A stretch of 64,000 nt of DNA. Origin: Octopus bimaculoides (taxonomy: Eukaryota). Made by a program: the position numbers and the translations under genes. Positions 42,801 through 54,694 of this stretch are shown piece after piece (the first letter of the stretch is position 1; each line of letters begins with the position of its first letter). The notes under the pieces were generated by a model. That model saw only the letters and a program-made list of their open reading frames with translations. It did not search any database and was not told where the DNA came from. The stretch spans positions 62,001-126,000 of the forward strand of contig NC_069001.1 in assembly GCF_001194135.2 (NCBI RefSeq). The letters run 5' to 3'.

Positions 42801-43527
42801 AAGTGTATGTGATTATGAAACATCCAGATGGCAAGATGGCTCTCAATGTTAATTATATCCACACATTAACCTTTCTATTTTGATTCCAGAATTCCACTCT
42901 GGTGCTACAATAGTCTTCCATTATCTGTGGGTTTCACAACTGTTTTATCCTTTGAAGGTAAACTGGTACAGTCATTAAGAGTGGTATTCCTTCTGGGGCT
43001 CTGCACTCTGAGTTCAAGTTACATCAAGAGCAACTACCCTTCATTCTTTTGAGGTCAAGAAATCCAAAATTGGATCGATTGTATTCTCTCTCTCTCTCTT
43101 TCTTTTCTATCTATCTTTTTACACATGTGTATCAATGTATCTCTCTATCTATCAATCTTTCCATCTATGTATTATCTATCTATCTATCAACCCTTCTATC
43201 TATGTTTATTGCTCAGTCTATCAATCTATTTATCTCTCTCTCATTCTATCTATATCTGACTTTCTATATAACATTCTACCTATATATCTATTTATCTTTC
43301 TAGCAATCTATATATATCTATTTATCTATCTATCTACCTGTCTATCCATCTATTTCTCTTTCTGCATTTAAATGTAATTTTTAAAAAATCCAGCTTTACC
43401 ACACACTTTACCATTCTGATTCAGCTTGACAACTGCATTATGTGTACCCATAACAATAAGATATTCAGTCACTACTTATGTATTAATTTCACAAGTAAGA
43501 ATCCACTTGTCTGGTCAATTAAAGTAC

Positions 43528-43615
43528 CTGTCCCTAAATTTACACATAAATAAATGGTCAAGCAATGATGATGGTAGTTTCATTGTCCAAGAAAGACGGT
43601 TCTTGCAATTTCTTG
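43528..43615 (-). CDS. Candidate exon of an unidentified gene
   Basis: Acceptor gcttttcag, donor ACAG|gtactt, one open frame (RNCKNRLSWTMKLPSSLLDHLFMCKFRD); phase-compatible with its neighbours. Confidence 0.25.
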
Positions 43616-45776
43616 CTGAAAAGCTTGCACAGATACTTTTGTGGTTATAAAGATGAAATGCTTCACGTTAGATCACCTGTCCCTCCTCCATCAAATCGAT
43701 GTTCCCAATCATTTTAGGGTGAGCCATCTCATCTGACCAGATGAGGTGGCTCACCCTAAAGTGATTGGGAAAGGTAGATATCGATATTTCACTATTATTG
43801 GGACACTTGATGTTCTTTAACTGTTGGCTTTGTGTAGGGAGCTTTCCGAGACACTAAGCATATTGTGCAGCACACTAACAGTTCTGCCAGTCTATAATAA
43901 ACACTTATAATGTTAAGAAGACGTGAGATGACCCTCAATACTGTCAACACCACCACTGGCATTATCAACAGGACCACTACCACCACCACCACCCACACCG
44001 TTATAAGCACCAACACAACTACCAAGAATGGGTAAGACCTCACCAACACCTCCGAAACACATATAAAGGCAATCACCACCACCACCACCATCAACAGCTC
44101 AACCAAAAACACCACCATCATCTTCAATACTACCACCACCACCACCACCACCACCACCACCACCTTCAACATCAACAATAACGAAAACAAGAAGACCATC
44201 ATCAATTCCTCTGCCACCACCGCCACCACCACCACCATCATTGCACCGAAAACATTCCCAATGAACACTCCTACTCCTACTCCCACCACCACAAACAGTG
44301 AGACCCTCAGCAGCACCACTATCAACAACACCGCTGCACCAACACCAACATCATCATCACCATCGTCACCATCACCATCACCATCGTCATCAATGCCAAC
44401 AGCAAAGTCTGGATCTTTTCTGTAAAGACATGCAATGGTCCATTCCAGCTGCTATTTTACTGAATGTCAGAAGATTTGAGAATCGGAGAGGGGCGTCGGT
44501 GGAATTGGTGGTGATCGTGGCATGAGTGGTGCTTGCAGGGGTAATGCAAGCGTGTGAGGGGGTTGAGGGTAACGCTGGTGGTGGTGGTGGAGGCAGAAGG
44601 GAAGAAGACAAAGCACAATTCCCATGAATAATCCGTTTGTCTCTTTCTGTTTATGTGAGCAGGCGTGTTAGTGGGGGGGGGGGGGGGGGGGAGAAAGCTA
44701 AGCCTTTTGCAGTAAAGAACTCACACCAATCATCCTACCCCCCAACCCCAGAATTAAAAGACGAAATATGCTGGACTGAGCATCTGTATACATACACACA
44801 CATATACATCACATATATACATACATGTGTGTGTGTATATGTATATATCATATATATATACACACACACATACATATATATACGTTTGTGTACAAGTATG
44901 TATGTACATGCAAGCATGTATTTGTATGTGGATAAATATACACTTGCATTAAATACCCATATATACACATACACACACACACGTGGGTTTATATATGTAT
45001 ATCTCTTTATATATAAATGTATATATACGCGCGCACACAGACTCGTTCATATGTGCGTAAGCAAAAACAAAGGGATATTTTTTAAAGATGCAATAATTAG
45101 AAAAAAATATATAAAATAGTTGTAGCGAGGAAAATAACAGTTTAGCAACATGGAAATAACAACAACAACAACAAAAACATAAGGACAACAATGACAAAAG
45201 AATAAGAAAAACAAGGATCGCTGGGAGAGAAACAACAATAAAACAAAAGCAAAAATGACAAGAACAACAGAAAGAAAAAAGAAAAAAATTATAAAAACTA
45301 AAAAAAAATTCTCAAGTACAGTGAAACAACAAACAACAACAATAAAAAACCCCAGCTATAACAACAACAACAACAAAGATGACAACAATGCCAACAACAA
45401 TAACAGCCAAGAAGGAATGCTTCAAAATAAACCAAAAACAACATGCGTGTATATATGTGTGTGTGTGTGTGTGCATATATATATATATACGTATATATAT
45501 ATGCATGTGTTTATGTATATATGTGTGTGTGTATATATATATGTTCCTCTGCATATACATAAGCAATATAAATAGGTATAATAAATATTTGGCAATAACG
45601 ATGAAATAAGATGGACACTGTCGGAAATATTGATAAATTATGGATGTCAGAAGAGGATGATGAGGGAGGCGGTAGTGGTGCGGAAGGTGAGGATGGGGGG
45701 GGGATTGTTAGGTGGTGAGCAGAGACGCAGTGCATTATGATGTTAGTTGTTAAATATGTGTTTGTGTATTCATGTT

Positions 45777-45816
<40 letters not shown>

Positions 45817-45929
45817 CACACACACATATACATAAATATACGCATATACATATATATATATATGCCTGCATACATATATGAATATTTATATATGTATATA
45901 TTCTATAATATATGCATGCACATGCATAT

Positions 45930-46020
<91 letters not shown>

Positions 46021-46148
46021 CATAGCTTTAACAGAATAACAGATAAATGAAGGTGTGTATGTGTGTCTATATCTATATATCCGTCCATAAACATGGATCC
46101 ATCACTCTGACACAAATGTGTATGTAAACGTAAATATACACACCGTAC

Positions 46149-46267
46149 CTTCATCAGCAGCCGACAGAGTGCCCAGTCTAAGTGTGTGACTGGTTTTAAT
46201 GTTCGTAACAGTCAGGAAGAAAGAAGCATAGATACCATTTCTTAACCATCTTACTCTTGAGTAACAA
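46149..46267 (-). CDS. Candidate exon of an unidentified gene
   Basis: Acceptor gtatatttcag, donor GAAG|gtacgg, one open frame (CYSRVRWLRNGIYASFFLTVTNIKTSHTLRLGTLSAADE); unique sequence; no family recognised. Confidence 0.3.
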
Positions 46268-47399
46268 CTGAAATATACATCATGATCCCCCACATCATCA
46301 TCATTGCCTTCATCATCATCGTCCTCATTGCTTAATGTCAGTCTTACATGTTGGCATAAGTTGAATGGTTTGACAAGATGCAATGGCCTAGAGGGTTGTG
46401 CTGTGTCCCCGTGTCATCCTTTCGAGGTCGATAAATTAAGTACCAGTTACACACTGGGATCGATATAATCGACTTAATCTCTTTGTCTGTCCTTGTTTGT
46501 CCCCTCTATGTTTAGTCCCTTGTGGGCAATAAAGAAATAAGAAACTCTGCCAAATCAGATTGGAGCCTGGTGTAGCCATCTGGTTTCACCAGTCCTCAGT
46601 CAAATCGTCCAACCCATATATATNNNNNNNNNNNNNNNNNNNNNNNNNNNNNNNNNNNNNNNNNNNNNNNNNNNNNNNNNNNNNNNNNNNNNNNNNNNNN
46701 NNNNNNNNNNNNNNNNNNNNNNNNNNNNNNNNNNNNNNNNNNNNNNNNNNNNNNNNNNNNNNNNNNNNNNNNNNNNNNNNNNNNNNNNNNNNNNNNNNNN
46801 NNNNNNNNNNNNNNNNNNNNNNNNNNNNNNNNNNNNNNNNNNNNNNNNNNNNNNNNNNNNNNNNNNNNNNNNNNNNNNNNNNNNNNNNNNNNNNNNNNNN
46901 NNNNNNNNNNNNNNNNNNNNNNNNNNNNNNNNNNNNNNNNNNNNNNNNNNNNNNNNNNNNNNNNNNNNNNNNNNNNNNNNNNNNNNNNNNNNNNNNNNNN
47001 NNNNNNNNNNNNNNNNNNNNNNNNNNNNNNNNNNNNNNNNNNNNNNNNNNNNNNNNNNNNNNNNNNNNNNNNNNNNNNNNNNNNNNNNNNNNNNNNNNNN
47101 NNNNNNNNNNNNNNNNNNNNNNNNNNNNNNNNNNNNNNNNNNNNNNNNNNNNNNNNNNNNNNNNNNNNNNNNNNNNNNNNNNNNNNNNNNNNNNNNNNNN
47201 NNNNNNNNNNNNNNNNNTCCCACCCCCAAAAAGGAACACTTTAATTTCACTTTGTCCTCATATCACTGTGGGAAACATTTCTTTCCTTATGTTATAGCAG
47301 TTTTGTTAGGTTTGGCTGTTATTTCTAGCATGTGAACAGCCTGCTTGAGGAGTAATTTATTATTTTTCTTAAATTGAAATTTTACAAACAATTTGTTTT

Positions 47400-48540
47400 T
47401 TCGGAATCCTAATCTCCTTATTTTTGTACGTGTTTCGTCAAAAAACAAATTTCCGGAAAAAGTGAAAAACGAAGAACCGGGAGGAAGGAATTGAAATTTC
47501 GAAGTTGCGATTTTTGGAAATTTCTTTTATCGGAATCGGAATCTCTCCATCGTTTAATTCGTGCGATTCCGAAAAAAGAGAAATATCATCAGGGAAGGAG
47601 GTATAAAGACGTTTATCCTATTTAAAACACAATAAAATCATGAAAAAGGAAGAATGCAGTGTAGTATTGAAGTTTAAAATATATTATACAGTTATAAATT
47701 AAAAAAAGAAGTAGCTTTCGTCATAAATTAATGATAATGCAGACATCGTAATGCCAAAACTATGAATAATGGCGAGCAAAATGGAGAGCATCGAGCTAAC
47801 TCCATCCACCAAAGTATGAAGGGAAGTATAGATGACCCCGACTCGGCACCCGAGCAATAAACTCCCTTGTCTTTGATACTAAAATTTGATTAGAGACCGT
47901 GAACAACAGGGTTGCAGCCATAAGCTTCGAAATATGTTGTTCACAAGATCTCGGCTTCGTCACACAACATGGAAAATCAACATTTACTGATAGCAGACTT
48001 AGTTAGGACAATGAACAACATGTCTCCCCCAATGCAAACCCTATGAAATAACGAAACACGTACAGGAACTTCATGCAATTCTCTCGATATGACCAGAAGA
48101 ACGATAAGGTTCGGGGTATAACAGGGGGGGGAGCGAGAAAGAAGTTGGGTTTCGGGTTGGATATGGAAGCAAGAGAGAAACTGAAAGGAAAGTGATTGGG
48201 GATTGGAATAAAAAAGACTTAATATGTCAGACTTTACAAAATTTTCAAAAGATACTGACTTAGAATGTGTGAATGTTAAAATAAATTCGTCTTACCTTAA
48301 TATTCTTGTCAGAGAAAACGAAAACAAACTTAAAGCTCGCTTAACGGAAGACAATTATTTTAGTTCAAGTCTACGAACACGTACAAAGTTATTTAAAGAA
48401 TATCTTCATATCCTGAACACCTTTCGTTATATATTTTAGGCAGACGGATCAATTTTTGTTTCAACACGGCTTTCCGGCATGTTGTACAGACGATAGCACG
48501 AGAGTCAAAAACCGACGAAGTCTACTGATGCCGCCATTTT

Positions 48541-48545
<5 letters not shown>
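47400..48545 (-). promoter_or_regulatory. CpG-rich promoter/5' region of a minus-strand transcript
   Basis: Visibly higher CpG density than the flanks; YY1-type CAAAATGGCGGC on minus at 48530-48541; CCGGAA ETS-like motifs; donor AAG|gtaaga after 48296; pyrimidine-rich 255-nt intron; acceptor ttatttcatag|G at 48040. Confidence 0.5.
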
Positions 48546-48571
<26 letters not shown>

Positions 48572-48837
48572 GCAAGAAGAAAATGGAGGCAAATATGAGG
48601 CAGTCATCGACTTGCAGACACTGTATTCGGTTGATTAATCTGTTTATTTTATAACCAAAATGACAATAAAGACAATATACAAACACTTATGACATACTAT
48701 GTCATGTCAACAATTAAGATTTCAAATTTAAAGGACATCTAGCAATTGGTAAGGGTACCCTCCCAGCAGTATATTGGATATATATATATTAACCTTAGTG
48801 GGTTGGATCATCAACCCCTAACTCTCTTGGAGGATAT

Positions 48838-49020
48838 CATCATCATCATCGTTTAACGTCCGCTTTCCGTGCTAGCATGGGTTGGACGATTTGACTGAGG
48901 ACTGGCAAGCCAGAAGGCTGCACCAGGCTCCAATCTGATCTGGCAAAGTTTCTACAGCTGGATGCCCTTCCTAACGCCAACCACTTCGAGAGTGTAGGGG
49001 GTGCATTTAAGTGCCACCAA
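48838..49020 (-). mobile_element. RTE-tail SINE, family A, well-preserved copy
   Basis: (CAT)n cgtttaacgtccgctttccgtgctagcatgggttggacgatttgactgagg..; near-identical to the reverse complement of 26656-26876 and 46542-46618. Further diverged copies near 65-140, 6085-6200, 34383-34512, 53770-53990 and 63515-63700. Confidence 0.85.
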
Positions 49021-49999
49021 TGAAATAAGTAAGAGTCCAGCATGGACTAGACCCCTCCCTCAAAATTTCAGCTTTTGTACTTAAAGGAGTAAGGATATGT
49101 GTACACACCCACATATATATCTATGTATGCATGTGTGTATGTGGGTATATATGTAACAAAAGAGATAGAGAGAAACAGACTGAGACATATACAATTGCTG
49201 ACACACCCACACACACACACATCATATGCATGTATTCATTTCCCACCCACACAAAGAAAAGAAATATACAGACAAAAAGACATGAAGAAAATACACAAAA
49301 CAAACCATCCCAACACCAGTGCCCTCTTACCATCCCCAGTACCACCCCCTACTGCTCCCTTCTCAAAAAAGGAATCTGACAGCCAATCCACTCCAATCCA
49401 ACCACAATATGAAGGATTATGATTCTTGTGAAATGTCTCTTGTTAATGCCAAGAGATTTTTTTAGTGCGATTAACTTAGATAATACCTATTTGTGGTTTT
49501 ATTTATCTTCAAGTGACATCAACCGTAAACGTGAGAGATGCGGGTATTGAATAATGAAAGGAGATAAGAACCACAACATCTATCTCTAAACACACAACAC
49601 GCATACATACATGCGTGTGCGTATACATGAATATATACGTATAGATATATATACACATGTGTATGTATGTAATGATATATGTTTATAGGTCTGGTGAAAG
49701 AAACAAGGAAATAAAATATGAGTACATATTATTTTCATAAATTTGTAGAATTTAGAAAGTAACTCGAGCGTAGAGATTTTCTTCCTCTTATGATATTTAT
49801 TGTACCAATGGACTAAAGTCTTAGCCCTTGATTCATTCTGTAATGTCTGTTGGTCTGGTGGACTTATCCTACATACCGATGAAACTTCAAGTCAAATGGA
49901 ACTGAGTCAAACTTATTAAATAATAAATATAACTTCCACCAAATGTGTCGAGTGCCACCTTCTTCCATTTGTTAATTCACTCATATATTTACATGCATA

Positions 50000-50148
50000 T
50001 CTATTATAATAAATGGCAAGTTTGTGAGTTTGTGAATTTGTTACTTTAACTTCTCTGAGATTATCCAACAGACCTTCATAAAACTTGACACGTGTGTTGG
50101 GCTTATGCCCATGCGGTCACTTATGCACTTGGAATTTTTTAAAAATCG
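50000..50148 (+). mobile_element. Probable non-autonomous Helitron 5' end (rest lost in gap)
   Basis: A|TCTATTATAATAAATGGCAAG followed by tttgtgag/tttgtgaa repeats: TC start after A and microsatellite-like subterminal region are typical of Helitron 5' termini; the 3' CTAG end is not visible. Confidence 0.45.
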
Positions 50149-51997
50149 NNNNNNNNNNNNNNNNNNNNNNNNNNNNNNNNNNNNNNNNNNNNNNNNNNNN
50201 NNNNNNNNNNNNNNNNNNNNNNNNNNNNNNNNNNNNNNNNNNNNNNNNNNNNNNNNNNNNNNNNNNNNNNNNNNNNNNNNNNNNNNNNNNNNNNNNNNNN
50301 NNNNNNNNNNNNNNNNNNNNNNNNNNNNNNNNNNNNNNNNNNNNNNNNNNNNNNNNNNNNNNNNNNNNNNNNNNNNNNNNNNNNNNNNNNNNNNNNNNNN
50401 NNNNNNNNNNNNNNNNNNNNNNNNNNNNNNNNNNNNNNNNNNNNNNNNNNNNNNNNNNNNNNNNNNNNNNNNNNNNNNNNNNNNNNNNNNNNNNNNNNNN
50501 NNNNNNNNNNNNNNNNNNNNNNNNNNNNNNNNNNNNNNNNNNNNNNNNNNNNNNNNNNNNNNNNNNNNNNNNNNNNNNNNNNNNNNNNNNNNNNNNNNNN
50601 NNNNNNNNNNNNNNNNNNNNNNNNNNNNACACACACACACACACACACACACAGGCACATGGAAAGGATTAATAAGAATTAATGTCTGGATTGTCAATGT
50701 TCCTTATATTTGTATTTTTTTATATTTCCTCACAAAATGACTTTACAAAGGCTTTAGAATTGTAATTCCCTGTGGACCAGTGGACCCTATAAATTTCATG
50801 TTCAGTTTTGGATGCTGGTAGCACAGGGCTTAGAATATTTGAGCATTAAACTGCATATTATTATCCTCAGCCCATCTGTAAATTGAGTCCAACTCCTGCT
50901 GCAGATGTGCAACATCACTGGGGTTCTATATTTTCTGTGAGACTTTTGTGTATAATGGAAAAATTATACAAAATGTATAAATAAATGATGAGTAAAGCAC
51001 CAGCATATATGATGGACATATAGCAGTATGTAAGCTGACCCCAAAAATATCTCTAGAGAGGCTTTTTTATTGATGTACCCAAAGAGACCCAGAGCAATGG
51101 GTCAAAACATGTGCTCAATAAAATCTATTAGCCATTCCATCTCCTGCCTTATTAATACTATTATAGTAATGCTTCGGTATCTGAGTTAATTTGTTTCTGG
51201 AGACCACTTGTAAAGCAGAGCAGTAATTTCCCATAGTAGCAACATTATAAATTGTAATTTGTTCTCCCAAAAATATTTTACCTATAAAATTTATGATAAC
51301 GTATATAAATGGCAATAGAACAACAGTAGAATGTAAAGAATATTTTATGGAAAGTAAAAAGAATGTCACGGTCATTTATAATAAAAAAAAAATATTATTA
51401 TAATCGCTTTCTGAGTCACTTTCACTAGCACTAAACTCGCACACACCATCACTTGTAGACGCGATCGCCGATTCACAAGCATTCATAGATGGACTTGTAA
51501 ATTTGTTTTTAAAAAAAACAAGTCTACAGGAGTTTACCCAGAAGAAGCTTTTTTGCCGCTCTCTCTCTAAATTTCTCAGTAACACACAGAAGCCTTTGTT
51601 ATGGTGGTAGAAACTTTTGCACTTCTTTCAAAATTTGGATATTGTGCTTGAAAAATAAAACTCATAAACCCCAGGGTCTCATAAAGTGAGTCCTCATATT
51701 TATATTTGTATACATGTATATATGTATATACATGTGTATGCTTAATGTATGGATGTATGTATTATGAGTGTGTTTGTGTGTATACGCACACACAAACACA
51801 CACAAATAAAACAATAACATGCAAAGATATTAACAAGATTATCTGGAGATAATCATGTTAATGCTGCAATGTAGATATGACAAAATATAAAAGATGATAT
51901 CATTTGAAAGAAACATTAACGGAATAAAGTAAATGCTTCTGTAGGTTTATTGTAGATCATTCGATTAACTGGGAATTAAAGGATGCATGTATGTATA

Positions 51998-52030
<33 letters not shown>

Positions 52031-52438
52031 NNNNNNNNNNNNNNNNNNNNNNNNNNNNNNNNNNNNNNNNNNNNNNNNNNNNNNNNNNNNNNNNNNNNNN
52101 NNNNNNNNNNNNNNNNNNNNNNNNNNNNNNNNNNNNNNNNNNNNNNNNNNNNNNNNNNNNNNNNNNNNNNNNNNNNNNNNNNNNNNNNNNNNNNNNNNNN
52201 NNNNNNNNNNNNNNNNNNNNNNNNNNNNNNNNNNNNNNNNNNNNNNNNNNNNNNNNNNNNNNNNNNNNNNNNNNNNNNNNNNNNNNNNNNNNNNNNNNNN
52301 NNNNNNNNNNNNNNNNNNNNNNNNNNNNNNNNNNNNNNNNNNNNNNNNNNNNNNNNNNNNNNNNNNNNNNNNNNNNNNNNNNNNNNNNNNNNNNNNNNNN
52401 NNNNNNNNNNNNNNNNNNNNNNNNNNNNNNNNNNNNNN

Positions 52439-52497
<59 letters not shown>

Positions 52498-54104
52498 ATG
52501 AATTGTATATATGTGTGTGTGCATGTATTTTGGTGGTGGTTGTGGGGTTCATGAGAAACTGATTCCAGGCTTATTATTGTATTAACTAGAGATTACACTT
52601 ATATATCTGAGCTAAGAGATATTGTATACATCAACCAATGAGCAAGAACAGGTATGTATATATGTGTGTGTATATATATATATCTATATATATATATATA
52701 TATATATATAACAATGCTATTATCAATAGATTATTGGTTTAAGTATGGATTAGTGGATATAGTGTAAGGTGCTGATGTATTGTATGTCAATGATTGAGGT
52801 ATTTAGTAGTGATATCAATTGTAGGATATCATTTATAGGGTTTGAAGTTCATGTAGGCATGATTGTGGAGGGGGGAGAGAAAGAGAGGGGGAATAAAACT
52901 GTCAGAGTAGTGCATAATCCAGAAGTCCTAAAAAAGGGGTATAATGTTAAATAAATCTACTTTGCTTATTTATTTGAAAGCCTTTTGCTGTAGAGGTTTC
53001 AAAAGATTTGAAAACTATCCCATTGCTCCCACAAATATTCATTTAAATAACTAGAATGTTACTTTTCATACAACATGTAGCACATTCAGGCATAACTATA
53101 GGAACAGGTGAAGTTAAGAAGGATTCTTCTCAACCATTTGTCTTGGATTCTTGAAGAATTTTAGATGAATGAATTGATCCTAGTACTTATTATATTTTAA
53201 GCTTGGCACTCATTCTATCAGACCCTTTTGGTGAACAACTAAGTCACAGGGACATAAACACACACCAAAACTGTTGGAGACAAAGACACAATACAATGGG
53301 CTTCATTCAGTTTCCATTTACCAACTCTACTGACAACTGTAGAAGAAAACACTTGCCCAAGGTGCCATGCAGTAGGACTGAACCCAGAACCATGTAGTTC
53401 TTACCACACAGCCATGCCTGTGCCTATTTAAACAATATCTGAGTATCTAGATATCAAAATATATAAAGTATAATAAATTGATAATAAATATATAAAACAT
53501 ATATTAAATTCATTGATTTTTCTAACTTTAAAAAAAAAAGTTTCTAACTTTTCTGTAAGACATAAAATAAAAATACAAATCAATCAAAATAAGAAGAAAA
53601 TTAATGAAATGAATTTAGTTCCATATTTTATGACTTTACCGTTCTGCAACAGAATATTCCCAAAAATAAAGGGTTTTTTTTGTTCTTTATATTGTTAAAC
53701 GAAATTCAGATTTCTCTTCTGTTGCTGATAATATTTTCATCTTCTGGCTGGCATCACACTCTCTACACCATCATCATCATCATCTTCCTCATTTACTGTT
53801 CGTTTTTTTTCCATGCTGGCTGATGGTTTGACAGGATCTGATGAGTCCCAGGACTGAGGGAAGCTCCATTATCAATTTTGGAATGGTTTCTACAGTTGGA
53901 TGTCCTTCCTAATTCTGATGGCATTAAAATAGGTACAGAGTACATTTTTGCTGACCCTAGTACAAGTGAGGTTGCCAGCTATCTTGCAGGAACAAATCCC
54001 CTTCAACTAAGTGGGTGTGGGTGTGGGGGTATTTGAGAAAGGGAAGCAGCAAACACCCCACCAACACACACTTTATTGAGGGTTTTTTTTCTTTTTCTTG
54101 AAAA

Positions 54105-54553
54105 AGTAGCAGTGGAAATAGTAGGGGTCAAGAGAAAAGAAGTGACAACGTAGATAGTTAGAGGACATTATTATGTAGCATGTAGTCCTCAACCATTTAG
54201 AATTAAATCCCTAGGGAGTTGTCAACTGTATTCTAGTTAATGGCAATAAATCTGATCTAGGTAGAATAATAACAGTTCCTGAAGGGTCTTCCCTTATATT
54301 TAGTGGAGGTGTAAGATTGAGTAACCCATTGGAAATTTATATCTTATACTAAATATAAGGGAAGACCCCTCAGGAACTGTTATTATTCTACCTAGATCAG
54401 ATTTATCCCCATCAACTAGAATACAGTTGACAACTCCCTAGGGATTTAATTCTAAATGGTTGAGGACTACATGCTACATAATAACGTCTTCTAAGTATAA
54501 GTATCTACATCATCATTTCTTTTATCTTGACCCCTACTATTTCCACTGCTACT
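54105..54553. repeat. Long inverted repeat, ~200-bp arms (54105-54304 and 54348-54553), 43-nt spacer
   Basis: For example gtagcatgtagtcctcaaccatttagaattaaatccctagggagttgtcaactgtatt on the left is the exact reverse complement of the right arm; only scattered mismatches and indels. Confidence 0.95.
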
Positions 54554-54694
54554 CTCTAAATTATTGTAGGCCTAACAAGGTAGGCATTATTTTCTAAACT
54601 CATTTTGCCACAGATATAACAAAAAAATGGTTTATCCTTTCTGTTTGATGCCCATGAGGCCATCTGAAGAAGAGAGCAGTTTCTTTCAAATTGA

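Noticed and set aside
48224-48439. 71-aa plus ORF MSDFTKFSKD..
   Set aside because: It lies antisense across the better-supported minus-strand exon 1/intron 1 boundary, and no homology is recognised.
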